Origin: Macrostomum hystrix | Lineage: Eukaryota > Animalia > Platyhelminthes | Assembly: GCA_950097015.1 (NCBI GenBank) | Contig: CATNEN010000011.1 | Span: 2,232,001 to 2,296,000, forward strand | Direction of reading: 5' to 3' | Length of the DNA: 64,000 bases | Part shown: positions 24,057-35,976 of the stretch, one piece after another | How positions within the stretch are numbered: position 1 is the first letter of the stretch | Layout of the letters: every line of letters starts with the position of its first letter | The notes under the pieces: generated by a model | Databases searched by the model: none | What the model saw: only the letters and a program-made list of their open reading frames with translations | What the model was told of the DNA's origin: nothing | Program-made: the position numbers and the translations under genes

Positions 24057-24629
24057 TCTGCAAAGCTCGTTTTTTAAGCAAGCAAGTTCGTTTATTGCAA
24101 AGCTTACTTTTTAACATTTTTTCAGCATGTACTTTAGACTAAGTATGCTGTTGCTTTATAATTAAAAATGACCATAAATGTAGTTATTTATACAGTATGA
24201 AAAATGCTTTCAAATGACATTTGTAAAAGTTCACTCCTTAAAATAAGATTAAACCATGAAAATCATTGTTTGGTTTTAGATGGAAAACACAAATAACATT
24301 TTTTCTTTTTCACAAAATAGCAAAAGCAGATACTTAAAAATCCTATATAATGTCAGTTTTCTATAACTTGGCTTTTGATTAATCATCATATCTTAAATAG
24401 AAAATCTGTAGCTTAGGTTTGAAGTTAAAAAAATACACATTCTTGTTTGGTTGATGATACATTACCCTAATAACAAGTGCCATAACAATCAATACCAACA
24501 ATAACAACCAACAACCAAATCTAAATAAATTTAGATTTAGTGAGTTAATTAGACTAGGCCTACTTCTTAATAGCATAGGCCTAAGTAACAAACAAAAGTA
24601 GACAAATAAGCAGATTGAAGGATTTAGCC

Positions 24630-24990
24630 AATTGGATGAAGCCAATTGGCATGCTTTAAAGTTTGGTCAGTTTGTCTACTAATAACAAGCAATCAAGTTT
24701 GTCATCAATAAAGTGAGGGTGGGGTGGCGGGGCAAAGGTGTGAACACACTTCACACTAAATTGTCAAAAAGAGGTGTCAAAACTGATTTCATTATAAGAG
24801 TTGAAAGATAGGTGCCAGCACAAAGTGAGGAGGGGTGGGGAGGGGTGGTTCTGTTCTAACATAGAAAACTTTTGTTTTATAGATGACAAAGTGTCAACAA
24901 GTCTGTCTCTTCGTCATCCACCCTCTAAGATAGGCCTATTGGACAGATCGTCATCTGGATGACAAAGTTGTAAGATGACAAAGTGTGACA
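24630..24990 (-). mobile_element. Non-autonomous TIR element ('GATGAC' family), uninterrupted partial copy, inverted relative to 29350-30401
   Basis: The reverse complement aligns to 29357-29618 plus 30241-30335. Confidence 0.75.
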
Positions 24991-25274
24991 CTTTGACTTC
25001 ATCTTCCTCTACTTCTACTGACTTAGGTAAGTGGACTGTCTACACCACTCACCACTGTACTGCACTCATGCTGTAATGCACTTACACTATAGTCTAAGTC
25101 TACAATCTACCTACCACTACCAGTGGTCAGTGGACTGTCACGACTGTGGACAGAACAGAAAGAAGTGCTTTTATTGACTTTTATTGACAGAAGACAGTAT
25201 TATTATTATGCCATTAGCCTTTAGGCTTTACTGTAAGGCAGTTAGGCAGGCTTGCTTATGTAATATGTAATTAT

Positions 25275-25526
25275 TGTAACAGGGCTTATGACTCTACTTT
25301 TCTCTCTCTTGGTAGCGTATCTCTTGGTACAAGCGGCTTATCCTTCTAAGGCACTGGTCTCTTATTGTCCAGTCTTTGCTAGGCGTTTTCCATGGATCAG
25401 AGGGTCACAGCCTCAAATAACCAACTCAACACTTGAACACTTTCTTACTCAGCTATAGCTTATTTGCTTTTTGCCACACTGGCACGTTGCTTTGTCTCAC
25501 AAGAATTGCACTCATTTATTTACACA
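25275..25526 (+). repeat. About 250-bp dispersed repeat with TG...CA ends (possible solo LTR); inverted copy at 57642-57887
   Basis: tgtaacagggc...ggatcagagggtcacagcctcaaataaccaactcaacact...tacaca matches the reverse complement of 57642-57887. No TSD found. Confidence 0.65.
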
Positions 25527-26389
25527 AAAAAGTTTGTTTAAATGAATGAATTTGACAGAATATTTATAATATTTTACATATAAAAATATTTTGCGCATTT
25601 AAACTAAGAGCATAGGTACGAATTTGACTTTAAAAATGATAAAAGCATCCCTACTACATTATGTTATATCTTATAGATGTTGTCTTACAAAGTTACAGAC
25701 TAATAAGAGTAATCTACCTTGTGAGATGTAAGCCATAGGCTTTTTTATAGCCTGCCTAATAACTTCCTAAGGTCTAAGGAGTCAAGGAAATAAGTTAAGC
25801 CTAATGTGCGAGCAGAGCAGGTCCTAGTCCTAGCTGATAGTCCTAATTTTAACTTCCATAGTTTGTTGAGTAATTATTGTCATTTGTCTATGCCAATGCC
25901 AATGACAATGCCAATGAATGACAGACTGACAGTGGCTATACTATAATGCCCATAATGTATATATGTATAAATGTTGTCAATGTATGTCAATGTCTACAAG
26001 TAATCAAGTATTACTTTTTGTAAACTAAACTGCTTTGAAACATTAAAATATATAGAATACAATACAATTTACACAAACATAATTTTACACATAATTTCTA
26101 GCTAACACTTGTTGCTATTATATTATATTGTGTTTGTATTTGTATTGTATTGTATCATTTATAATTGTAATTGTATGTTTACTGTATAAAACACAATATT
26201 TTACTATTTTCCAAAATGAATATAAATATGTGACTATGTCCCATGTCTGGGACTCTAGGCTAACAAATTAATAAGAAAGTTTGTCAAAAGTTAGGCCTAG
26301 TTCTGAATGTTTTTATGTATTTTTTATCTTTGGTATTAAAGTTTCACTTTTTTCCATTACCTTTACCATTCTACAGGGACTACAGATAG

Positions 26390-28252
26390 GGACAGAGGTA
26401 TAGCCACAGTGTCAGCTCTGAGCTCTAGCTCAGTGGCAGCTGTAGCTTGGACAAAATTATTTTCCAATTCAAAGAAACATCAATCTACTGAAGCTAGTGC
26501 TAGTGGTGGCTCAAGCATTAAGCATTTCAAGCGACAAACAGTATAGGATATCCACAACTGCCTAATATGTCTATGTTCTGGAACTGCTCTACAGAAGTGC
26601 CAAGTGTACCATGGGGATTCATCTAGCCGGATGCGCCATAAGAAAAGGCAGCACAAAAACAACAAGGACCCACCTGAGTTTGCTCGCCATGATTGTATTA
26701 GATCATGTCGCCAAAAGCTAGAATTCATCATCCCAGTGTTGATCATGATGATCATTCGGAGCCAGGGGAGGAGGGACAAAACTCTCCACTGGAGATTGGT
26801 CATGGTCAGTCTGACAATGAGGACCATCTGGAACTACCACAGCCTTTGCATGATCATGAGAATATTCAGCAGCAGGTGTAGGTTGACAACCTAGAGTCGG
26901 TGCCTACTTTAAAGGGTCCCAGGTCATTTCGGTGACAAGACATTTCGGTGACACAATTGGTCAGATTGGTGACAACTATTTTTGCACCTAAATATGCTAA
27001 AAAACAGCCTTGCATTTTAACTATGCACACATATAAAATATTATTTAAATAATGCTAAAAGTATTAATAGGAAGCTGCATCGCTATGTTAAAGTCTGGGT
27101 TTTAGTTTTACTTTAAATGAGCAAAATTATTAAATTATTTAATGAGTAGTCAATAGTTTCAATAGTTATTCATTCCTAATTAAATGTGTATAATAATCAT
27201 TTTTCAAGTTTTGGATTGACAAGGCGAGGCGAGTGCAGGCTTTAAGCAGCTGCTGGATCGTGGAAGGCTAAATATTCTTAGCATATTTAGGTGCAAAAAT
27301 AGTTGTCACTGAACTGACCAATTCTGTCACCGAAATGACTGTCACCGAAATGACTTGTCACCGAAATGACCTGGGACCCTTTAAAGTCATCTGCATAACT
27401 GGTTTTGGCCACATCTCCTGAAATTCAGGGCATGCAGAACCAATTGAACTGCCTTGTGCAGATGGTCAAAGAATTGTCTCTCTTCAGTAGTGGTACTGCT
27501 GAACGTGGCAATGAGCTACCTCGGCTATGGTGGAGTTCCATTCGTTAAGTCTGATTAAGTCTCATATAAGTCTGATTACTGCCAAGACCATGTCTAATCT
27601 GTTGCAGAGCAAGTATTTGGCTGTCGCTCCCTGTGGCGAAGACCACATTTTTTACTGTGTTCCATGTTTCAAACTACGGACAGAGTCTCGTCCACTGCCA
27701 ACAAAATACACTGTGGCTGATGTGCATCGCTTGCTGTAAGTGACCCTTCTCAAATCTCATTCAGTTTATTTACTAACTGCAGAGTATGATAAAAAATAAA
27801 TTCATACACCCCTTTATTGCTACACAGGAATCCTGGGTCAAATGGTACTATCGGCAGTGGACTTTTTGTAACTAATGAGCGGATGGTGGCTCTTCTTCAG
27901 GGTGGCGAGGCTTTTCACAAGTTTAGAAATCATGTTTCTGAACACTGTTCAATGGGCAAGTCACACTTGGCAGCGGTGCAAGTGTTCAACAAGAACAAGG
28001 AGTACAAGACCCAGCAGGGAAAAGCTGTCCGTGCTCAACTTCGCTGTGCCATTGCAGATGTCGAGATGGCTGCCGCCGGTTTGCACTTTGAGACGCTGAT
28101 CAGTTTGTTGGTGGTATCTGGCTCTGACGTTGGGCAGATTGGGCATTGGCGTACAATTATTTTGTGCTGAAATACATTGGCGTATAACGGCATACATTAC
28201 ATTTTATTTTACTTTCTGCCTCCGGCGTACACATAGCATGATCGAGACTATG
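26390..28252 (+). pseudogene. Decayed intron-containing hAT-type transposase N-terminal fragment (ZNF862/KIAA1586-like); catalytic core absent
   Basis: FYCVPCFK ... EHCSMGKSHLAAV zinc-finger-like segment, then LHFETLISLLVVSGSDVGQIGH. Upstream frames carry stops and frameshifts. The 3' end ccggcgtacac..gatc..gactatg resembles the TIR of 29619-30240. Confidence 0.55.
26913..27380. mobile_element. MITE with TTAA target duplication and AGGG termini (Kolobok-like)
   Basis: TTAA|AGGGTCCCAGGTCATTTCGGTGACAAG ... CTTGTCACCGAAATGACCTGGGACCCT|TTAA. The inverted match extends about 90 bp, and removal restores the reading cct act tta aag tca tct of the host transposase remnant. Confidence 0.88.
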
Positions 28253-28935
28253 GGAAGTGTCCAGGTACCATCTTATCTACTGTAAAAAATCAATAGAAAG
28301 ACTAAAAACTTGAACAGGCAAATCAGCAAAGAATATACATTTTTTAAATATTAGCCTACTTTAGGTCTTTCTACATTGATACTGGCAGTGCCAAGTCGTC
28401 TTGTCTTTACGCATACCAGATCTTTTTATTTATTGATGAAATCTTGAATTGAGCATCCAGTTTTAAAATGGGTTTGGAAAGAAGTTTTTAAAGCTTAAAA
28501 ATTATATTTGCCCTTTCAGTTTTTTAGTTAATTGCACTGAGTGTTTAACAAAAAACTTACCTTGACAATTTTTTAAATATGTGCAAAGGCGTCTACATAA
28601 ATGAAACAATTTGTTTATATTTCGACGAACAAGCCTTTCTTCGAAATCAAAAAGCGTAATTTTCATAAAATATAATTCGACGGTTTCAATATGACATTTT
28701 ACGACTACAAAACTAACATAACAAGTTAACTTGACTCTTTAAGTTATTTTCATACGAGTCTCATCAATTTTAAGGGAATTGTTTTAGTTCAAGATTCAGA
28801 GAAAAAAAGGACTGATAATTTTTGTATAGTTTAATTAGATAGTTCTTTTTTTAGTACTGCAATAGTAATTACTTAAATATACTTAATTAGTTCAAGACCT
28901 AAGTAGGCCTAATAAGCTTTCTTGATTTAGGCAAA

Positions 28936-31900
28936 ATGGCTGAGTATCTGGCTTCAATATTTGGAACAGAAAAGGACAAGTAAGTAACTAGCTTTTTCTT
29001 TTTTAACTATCATCTCAACTTGACCATAGCCATTAAAAGGCTTAATTGTATTTAGGCCTAAGTAAAGTTTTTTTGAATTGTCATTGGCTGGCTATCTTAT
29101 TGACATTTGAGGGCTGAAATTGTTTTGGGAAAAACCTTTTATTGTCTTATCACATAATCCCATAATTATGATTAAAATTTAATGGGTATATAGCTATCAG
29201 TTTCAAAGGGTTATACTTTTTTACAATTTTCTTTTTAATTTCCTAGCTATCCTATAGAAGCTGCGGACACTCCTGCAAGGCAAGCAAGTGTGCAGTTGGT
29301 TTCAAGAAAAAGAGCGCAGATGTGCAATTGCTATACAGTCTATATATATCGATACCTGGACACTTCGTCATCTTACAACTTCGTCATCCAGATGACGATC
29401 TATCCAATATCTCAGAGGGTGGATGATGAAGAGACTTAGACTTGTGGACACTTCGTCATCTATAAAAAATTTTTTTTAAAGTTTGAACAGAACCACCCCT
29501 CCCCACCTCCTCACATCATCTTGGCACCTATCTATCAACTCTTATAATGAAATCAGTTTTGACACCTCTTTTTGACAAGTTAGAGTGTGAAGTGTGTTCA
29601 CACCTCTGCCCCACCACCCCAGTGTCAGGATCGTGTACTGGTGTACGCCGGAATGAAATTTGATTCCCTAGCTCCTGTACACCAATGTACGCCAGCAGAT
29701 TTATGTCGCTCACGAAAATACGCCAAGCAAAATTTGCACTTACATTATGTTCTCACTCCCACAGAAATCAATTTCAATTTCAACGGTGATGGAGTAACGG
29801 AATTATAAAGTCTATTAAGTTTACGACCGACAGACCAAAACTGATTTTGAAAAAATAATGTTGATTAACAATATTAAACAAAGTGTTGACAGTAAAAATT
29901 TAATTTACCAAAGAAGACTTTTGTCTTTCAAACATTGTATATTTAAATAATAAATAAAAGGCTTAAAGAAAAATTTTAAGCAATTGCTAGTACTGCACTT
30001 TTGAAAATTGACCTGATGTTGTTTGCAGAGTGGTGGAATTTTGAGAAATATTACGCTGTTTGCTGTTAATGTTATGCAGTAAACGCCTTACGCCATGTTA
30101 CGCCATTAACGCCATACGCCAAGTTACGCCGTTACGCCAGAGATGGGTATACGCCAAGGCGGGTGTACGCCAACGGGGTATGCCAGACCCCTCTGTACGC
30201 CAGAATTTTCCGGCGTACATGTATACCATCCGGAGTCTGGCCACCACCCCACCCTCACTTTATTAATGACGAACTTGATTGTTTGTTATTAGTAGATGAC
30301 AAACTGACCAAACTTTAAAGCATGCCAATTGGCTGGATGATGAAGTGTCCTACCTTCCAAGTGGATGACAAAGTTGTAAGATGACGAAGTGTCTAGGATC
30401 CTATTTATCTTCAGTCTCACTCAACATAGTGATTGATTTTGCAAAAAATGTCAAAAGACCTTTTTTGATCTCCATAGTGTATTTCTAAAAATAGAACAGC
30501 TATGTAGTGATTTTGCAAAAATATGGACACATACCAAATGACCTTTTTTGATCTCCATTGTGTATTTTGCTAATTAAATTGCATAAATATTTTAAACATT
30601 TTTTCTTCTTTGGCCATTATTTAATAGATCACAGTTTTTACGTTAATAGTCTACTTATTAGCTTTAATATAACTAGTAACCACAATCTAACGCAATAATA
30701 AGCTTACTAAGTATTTCCCATCTTACTGCTTAGCATAACAAAAATATAAAGCATGTAAAGATAATTAAGCAAGGAATTCTTGAAAATTGCCCAAATACTT
30801 TAAGCATTTAATTGCTAAATTTAAACATATAAAATTTGGAATTTTAATTTGAATTAAAAAAAGGAAAAATGTTATTATGCTGCTGCCAATAAATTACTTT
30901 CACTCTGGTTTAAATAGTTCAGTTGCAATTTAAAATTCCAAAAAATGGGACATATTGTGAGCCTACTGAAATTGTTGTTCTCAAAGTTTTTTGTCATCAC
31001 AGTTCATTTGTATACCAAATACTATTTATCCCTAAAATGTAAAAATACAAAACAAGTCAAAAAGCAATATGTTACAAATGAAAAATATTTAGCAAACAAC
31101 TTTTGGATTCATTCAACAATTTTCACAGTGGCACATTGTCACTAAGTTTAAGTTTATGTAGAACAAATATTGTATAAAAGACTTATAATGAAGTGCTACT
31201 TATTTTTTATACAGCAAAGGTACAAGAATTGTACAATATGATTAAACCTTTTGACTAAGGTGGCAGCAGCCCTACCATATATTTTAATTATTAGTTCTTT
31301 TATCTTTCATTCACCTCATAGCTCTGAACTAAAGCCTCACACTTATCACCCATATTTTATCTTTTATCAGCTTAATGCAATAGTAAACTAGATGGGAACA
31401 CCACAGTATCATTGATTTAAAAACATTTCTGATTATCACTTTCAAGTAATAGTTCTTCATGTTTTCTAATGCTGTTAGTTACAATAATTAAAACTAGTTT
31501 AGGTACACAGCATGTGTAATCAAATATTAATAATACTAATATCACGAATCCCACTATTATTTTTTAGGGTGAACTGTTCCTTCTTCTACAAGATTGGCGC
31601 CTGCAGACATGGTGAACAATGCTCCCGTCTGCACAATAAGCCAACTTTTAGTCAAACTGTTGTGCTGCAGAATCTGTACATTGCGCCGGCTAATACTGCT
31701 CAAACTGCCGATGGATCGCATAGTGAGTTCGTCTATTATTTTGCTGCGCATTTATTGATGCTTCTAATGTAAACAGTAAATAAACACCAATCCCATTGTT
31801 CAGTCACCACTAGCGAAGTTGAGCAGCAGCAATTCTTTGACGACTTCTTTGAAGAAGTCTTTGTCGAAGCCGAAGAGAAATACGGCGAAATTGAAGAGAT

Positions 31901-33155
31901 GAACGTATGCGACAATCTAGGCGATCATCTTGTTGGCAATGTCTACGTCAAATTCCGCTTCGAGGAGGACGCCGACAAGGCTGTTCAGGACCTCAATAAT
32001 CGCTGGTTCGGCGGCCGACCTGTTCACGCCGAGCTGACGCCTGTGACTGACTTTCGCGAGGCTTGCTGTCGCCAGTACGAGATGGGCGAGTGTACCAGGT
32101 GAGTCTGCGAACTCAGTTACAACTGCTGCTGCTGCTTTGAGAGGGGTCATATTGCAAGATACTTATTGCTCACATATATGGAGGGTAATTGTTTACAGAT
32201 TAGGTGGGTAAATTCTGACAGATTTAGTGGGTAAATTCTGACAGATTTAGTGGGTAATTTCTGACAGATTTAGTGGGTAATTTCTGACAGATTTAGTGGA
32301 TAATTTCTGACAGATTCAGTGGGTAATTTCTGACAGATTGAGTGGGTAAATTCTGACAGATTGAGTAGGTAATTTCTGACAGATTCAGTGGGTAATTTCT
32401 GACAGATTAGGTGGGTAAATTCTGACAGATTTAGTGGGTAATTTCTGACAGATTTAGTGGGTAATTTCTGACAGATTTAGTGGATAATTTCTGACAGATT
32501 CAGTGGGTAATTTCTGACAGATTGAGTGGGTAAATTCTGACCGATTGAGTGGGTAATTTCTGACAGATTAGGTGAGTAATTTCTGACAGATTTAGTGTCT
32601 AATTTCTGACAGATTGAGTGGGTAATTTCTGACAGATTTAGTGGGTAATTTCTGACAGATTTAGTGGATAATTTCAAAAAGATTTAGTGGGTAATTTCTG
32701 ACAGATTTAGTGTGTAATTTCTGACAGATTGAGTGGGTAATTTCTGACAGATTTAGTGGGTAATTTCTGACAGATTTAGTGGGTAATTTCTGACAGATTT
32801 AGTGGGTAATTTCTGACAGATTTAGTGGGTAATTTCTGACAGATTTAGTGGGTAATTTCAAAAAGATTTAGTGGGTAAATTCTGACAGTGGCTAGTTGGT
32901 AGTAACTAGGCGTATTCGTAAAATATTTAACAGTTGCTATGCATCCTCCTATAACTTAGGGGCGGATTCTGCAACTTCATGCACCTGAAGCCGATCTCAC
33001 GCGATCTACGCCGCCGGTTGTACAACCGCAGCCGTCGCAAGCACAACGCTGGTTCGGGCGTCGGCTCCCGGCGCAGCCGCAGCAGAAGCCGCGAAAAGTG
33101 GGAGCGGGAACAGAGGGAGAAGCGACGCAGACGGGATCGCGACAGTCGGCATTGA
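28936..33155 (+). CDS. U2AF1: Splicing factor U2AF small subunit (U2AF35), 229 aa, 4 exons
   Basis: Exons 28936-28979 ([15 protein letters not shown]), 31568-31722, 31804-32098, 32960-33155. CCCH finger [43 protein letters not shown], second finger [25 protein letters not shown], short RS tail. Confidence 0.97.
29350..30401 (+). mobile_element. Non-autonomous TIR element ('GATGAC' family) in U2AF1 intron 1, interrupted by a nested MITE
   Basis: Left end cctggacacttcgtcatcttacaacttcgtcatcca and right end tggatgacaaagttgtaagatgacgaagtgtctagg are inverted repeats. No clear TSD. Confidence 0.8.
29619..30240. mobile_element. hAT-like MITE with 8-bp TSD nested in the GATGAC element
   Basis: ccaccacc at 29611-29618 and 30241-30248; imperfect TIRs CCAG..C.GGAT.GT.TAC..TGTACGCCGGA; repeated TACGCC subterminal motifs. 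The empty site is seen in the copy at 24710-24740. Confidence 0.85.
32200..32890. repeat. 23-bp minisatellite aatttctgacagatttagtgggt (U2AF1 intron 3)
   Basis: Period 23. Confidence 0.95.
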
Positions 33156-33272
33156 GGCGCGATTTATCGACCGCGATAAACTATCGACTTTGCTCCTGTT
33201 GTTGCAAGTTTTTAATAACTTTTTATGTTGTGGCTCAGCATTCTTTGTTTATCATTTTACCACTCATCCACG

Positions 33273-34156
33273 GTGTGTTTAGGTCGGTCATTACCCCAAT
33301 CCCTCAGTGTGTTTAGGTTGGTCATTACCCCAATCCCTCAGTGTGTTTAGGTCGGTCATTACCCCAATCCCTCAGTGTGTTTAGGTCGGTCATTACCCCA
33401 ATCCCTCAGTGTGTTTAGGTCGGTCATTACCCCAATCCCTCAGTGTGTTTAGGTCGGTCATTACCCCAATCCCTCATTGTGTTTAGGTCGGTCATTACCC
33501 CAATCCCTCAGTGTGTTTAGGTCGGTCATTACCCCAATACCTCAGTGTGTTTAGGTCAGTCATTACCCCAATCCCTCAGTGTGTTTAGTTCGGTCATTAC
33601 CCCAATCCCTCAGTGTGTTTAGGTCGGTCATTACCCCAATCCCTCAGTGTGTTTAGGTCGGTCATTACCCCAATCCCTCAGTGTGTTTAGGCCGGTCATT
33701 ACCCCAATCCCTCAGTGTGTTTAGGTCGGTCATTACCCCAATCCCTCAGTGTGTTTAGGCCGGTCATTACCCCAATCCCTCAGTGTGTTTAGGTCAGTCA
33801 TTACCCCAATCCCTCAGTGTGTTTAGGTCGGTCATTACCCCAATCCCTCAGTGTGTTTAGGCCGGTCATTACCCCAATCCCTCAGTGTGTTTAGGTCGGT
33901 CATTACCCCAATCCCTCAGTGTGTTTAGGCCGGTCATTACCCCAATCCCTCAGTGTGTTTAGGTCAGTCATTACCCCAATCCCTCAGTGTGTTTAGGTCG
34001 GTCATTACCCCAATCCCTCAGTGTGTTTAGGCCGGTCATTACCCCAATCCCTCAGTGTGTTTAGGTCAGTCATTACCCCAATCCCTCAGTGTGTTTAGGT
34101 CAGTCATTACCCCAATCCCTCAGTGTGTTTAGGTCGGTCATTACCCCAATCCCTAG
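33273..34156 (+). repeat. 34-bp minisatellite gtgtgtttaggtcggtcattaccccaatccctca, exactly 26 units
   Basis: 884 bp = 26 x 34; the last unit ends ccctag. Confidence 0.97.
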
Positions 34157-34704
34157 GTTAGTTTTACCTTATAATCCCCGAAACAAAAGCAGATTTTTAA
34201 TGAATAGGTTTTCGTAATTAATACTAAATTTTGCATTGAATATTTGCGTGTTTAAAAAGTTAAAACTTGAAACCTAATGTGCGTACAAAATATAACAATA
34301 TCGTACAATGCCGACTTGCATCTGTAATGCTATTTATAGCTAAATTAACAGAATAAGCATTATATATTAGTGTATGTTAACTTGATATTTGTTAGTTATG
34401 TACAGGAATTTGACTAAATTAGTTTAGTCGGTTTGAGAATAGGAAAGCTTTGCTGGAACGATAATAAAAATGATTTTATTAAATGCTTGTAATAAAAATA
34501 AAATAATTATATTACCTGTTACGTTCAGCTTGTTCGCTTCTGTTGACAAGTTTTCAATGACAGCCGACAAAGTTTCGCGCTCTAGATACTTTGAAGCGTT
34601 GCATGTTTCTTGAATGTTTTAATAATACTTTTACTTTGACAACTTATGTTAAAGAAACACTTATTCTGTGAGGTTTCTTTAATTCCCGTCCTTAATAAGG
34701 ATTT

Positions 34705-35680
34705 TACCTCAATCCTTCAGGATTCTACAATCTACCCCTATGTTTAAGGATTCTACCCCTTTGCTTAAGGATTCTACACCATCCTTAAAGATTCTACTCC
34801 AACCCTTCAGGATTCTACTCCTATCCTTCAGGATTCTACTCCTATCCTTCAGGATTCTACTCCTATCCTTCAGGATTCTACTCCTATACTTAAGGATTCT
34901 ACTCCTATCCTTCAGGATTCTACTCCTATCCTTAAGGATTCTACTCCTATCCTTCAGGATTCTACTCCTATACTTAAGGATTCTACTCCTATCCTTCAGG
35001 ATTCTACTCCTATCCTTCAGGATTCTACTCCTATCCTTCAGGATTCTACTCCTATCCTTCAGGATTCTACTCCTATACTTAAGGATTCTACTCCAACCCT
35101 TCAGGATTCTACTCCTATCCTTCAGGATTCTACTCCTATCCTTCAGGATTCTACTCCTATACTTAAGGATTCTACTCCTATCCTTCAGGATTCTAACCCT
35201 ATTCTTCAGGATTCTACCCCAATTCTTCAGGATTCTACCCCTATGCTTAAGGATTCCACCCCTATTCTTCAGGATTCTACCCCTATCCTTCAGGATTCTA
35301 CTCCTATCCTTAAGGATTCTACTCCTATCCTTCAGGATTCTACTCCTGTCCTTCAGGATTCTAGTCCTATCCTTCAGGATTCTAGTCCTATCCTTAAGGA
35401 TTCTACCCCTATCCTTCAGGATTCTAACCCTATTCTTCAGGATTCTACCCCAATTCTTCAGGATTCTACCCCTATGCTTAAGGATTCCACCCCTATTCTT
35501 CAGGATTCTACCCCTATCCTTCAGGATTCTGCCCCATCCATAAAGATTATACTCCTACCTTTCAGGATTCTACTCCTATCCTTCAGGATTCTACCCCTAC
35601 CATTCAGGATTCTACCCCTATGCTCAAGGATTCTACCCTATCCTTGAAAATTCTACCCTTATCCCTCAGGATTCTTCCCC
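34705..35680. repeat. 21-bp minisatellite ttcaggattctactcctatcc between the U2AF1 and SLC6 3' ends
   Basis: Period 21. Confidence 0.95.
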
Positions 35681-35976
35681 AGTGTCTTTGACTTTCAACA
35701 AAATTCTTAGTGTATTTTTAGCCGTGGTTACAAGGAAACTGACAAAGAAAACTCTAAGCATTAACTTAAAGCTGTCACAGCACTAGTTGTCAAAGATATG
35801 AGCGTAACGCCGCAGTTTATTAGTTATTATGTGTATTGGTGTATTTAGTATTCAGAATGATACTGCATTAGGCTGAGTAGGTAGTTAAAGTGGCGCTAAA
35901 TATGTTATAGTTCTTTATATTTTATTTAGCAAGCTATAAATAGTTTCTGACAAAGGCGTTTAATGAGCGTTAGGCG

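Noticed and set aside
25275-25526. 250-bp repeat as an snRNA or snoRNA gene
   Set aside because: No recognisable match to U1-U6, U11/U12, U3, SRP or 5S from memory; treated as an interspersed repeat.
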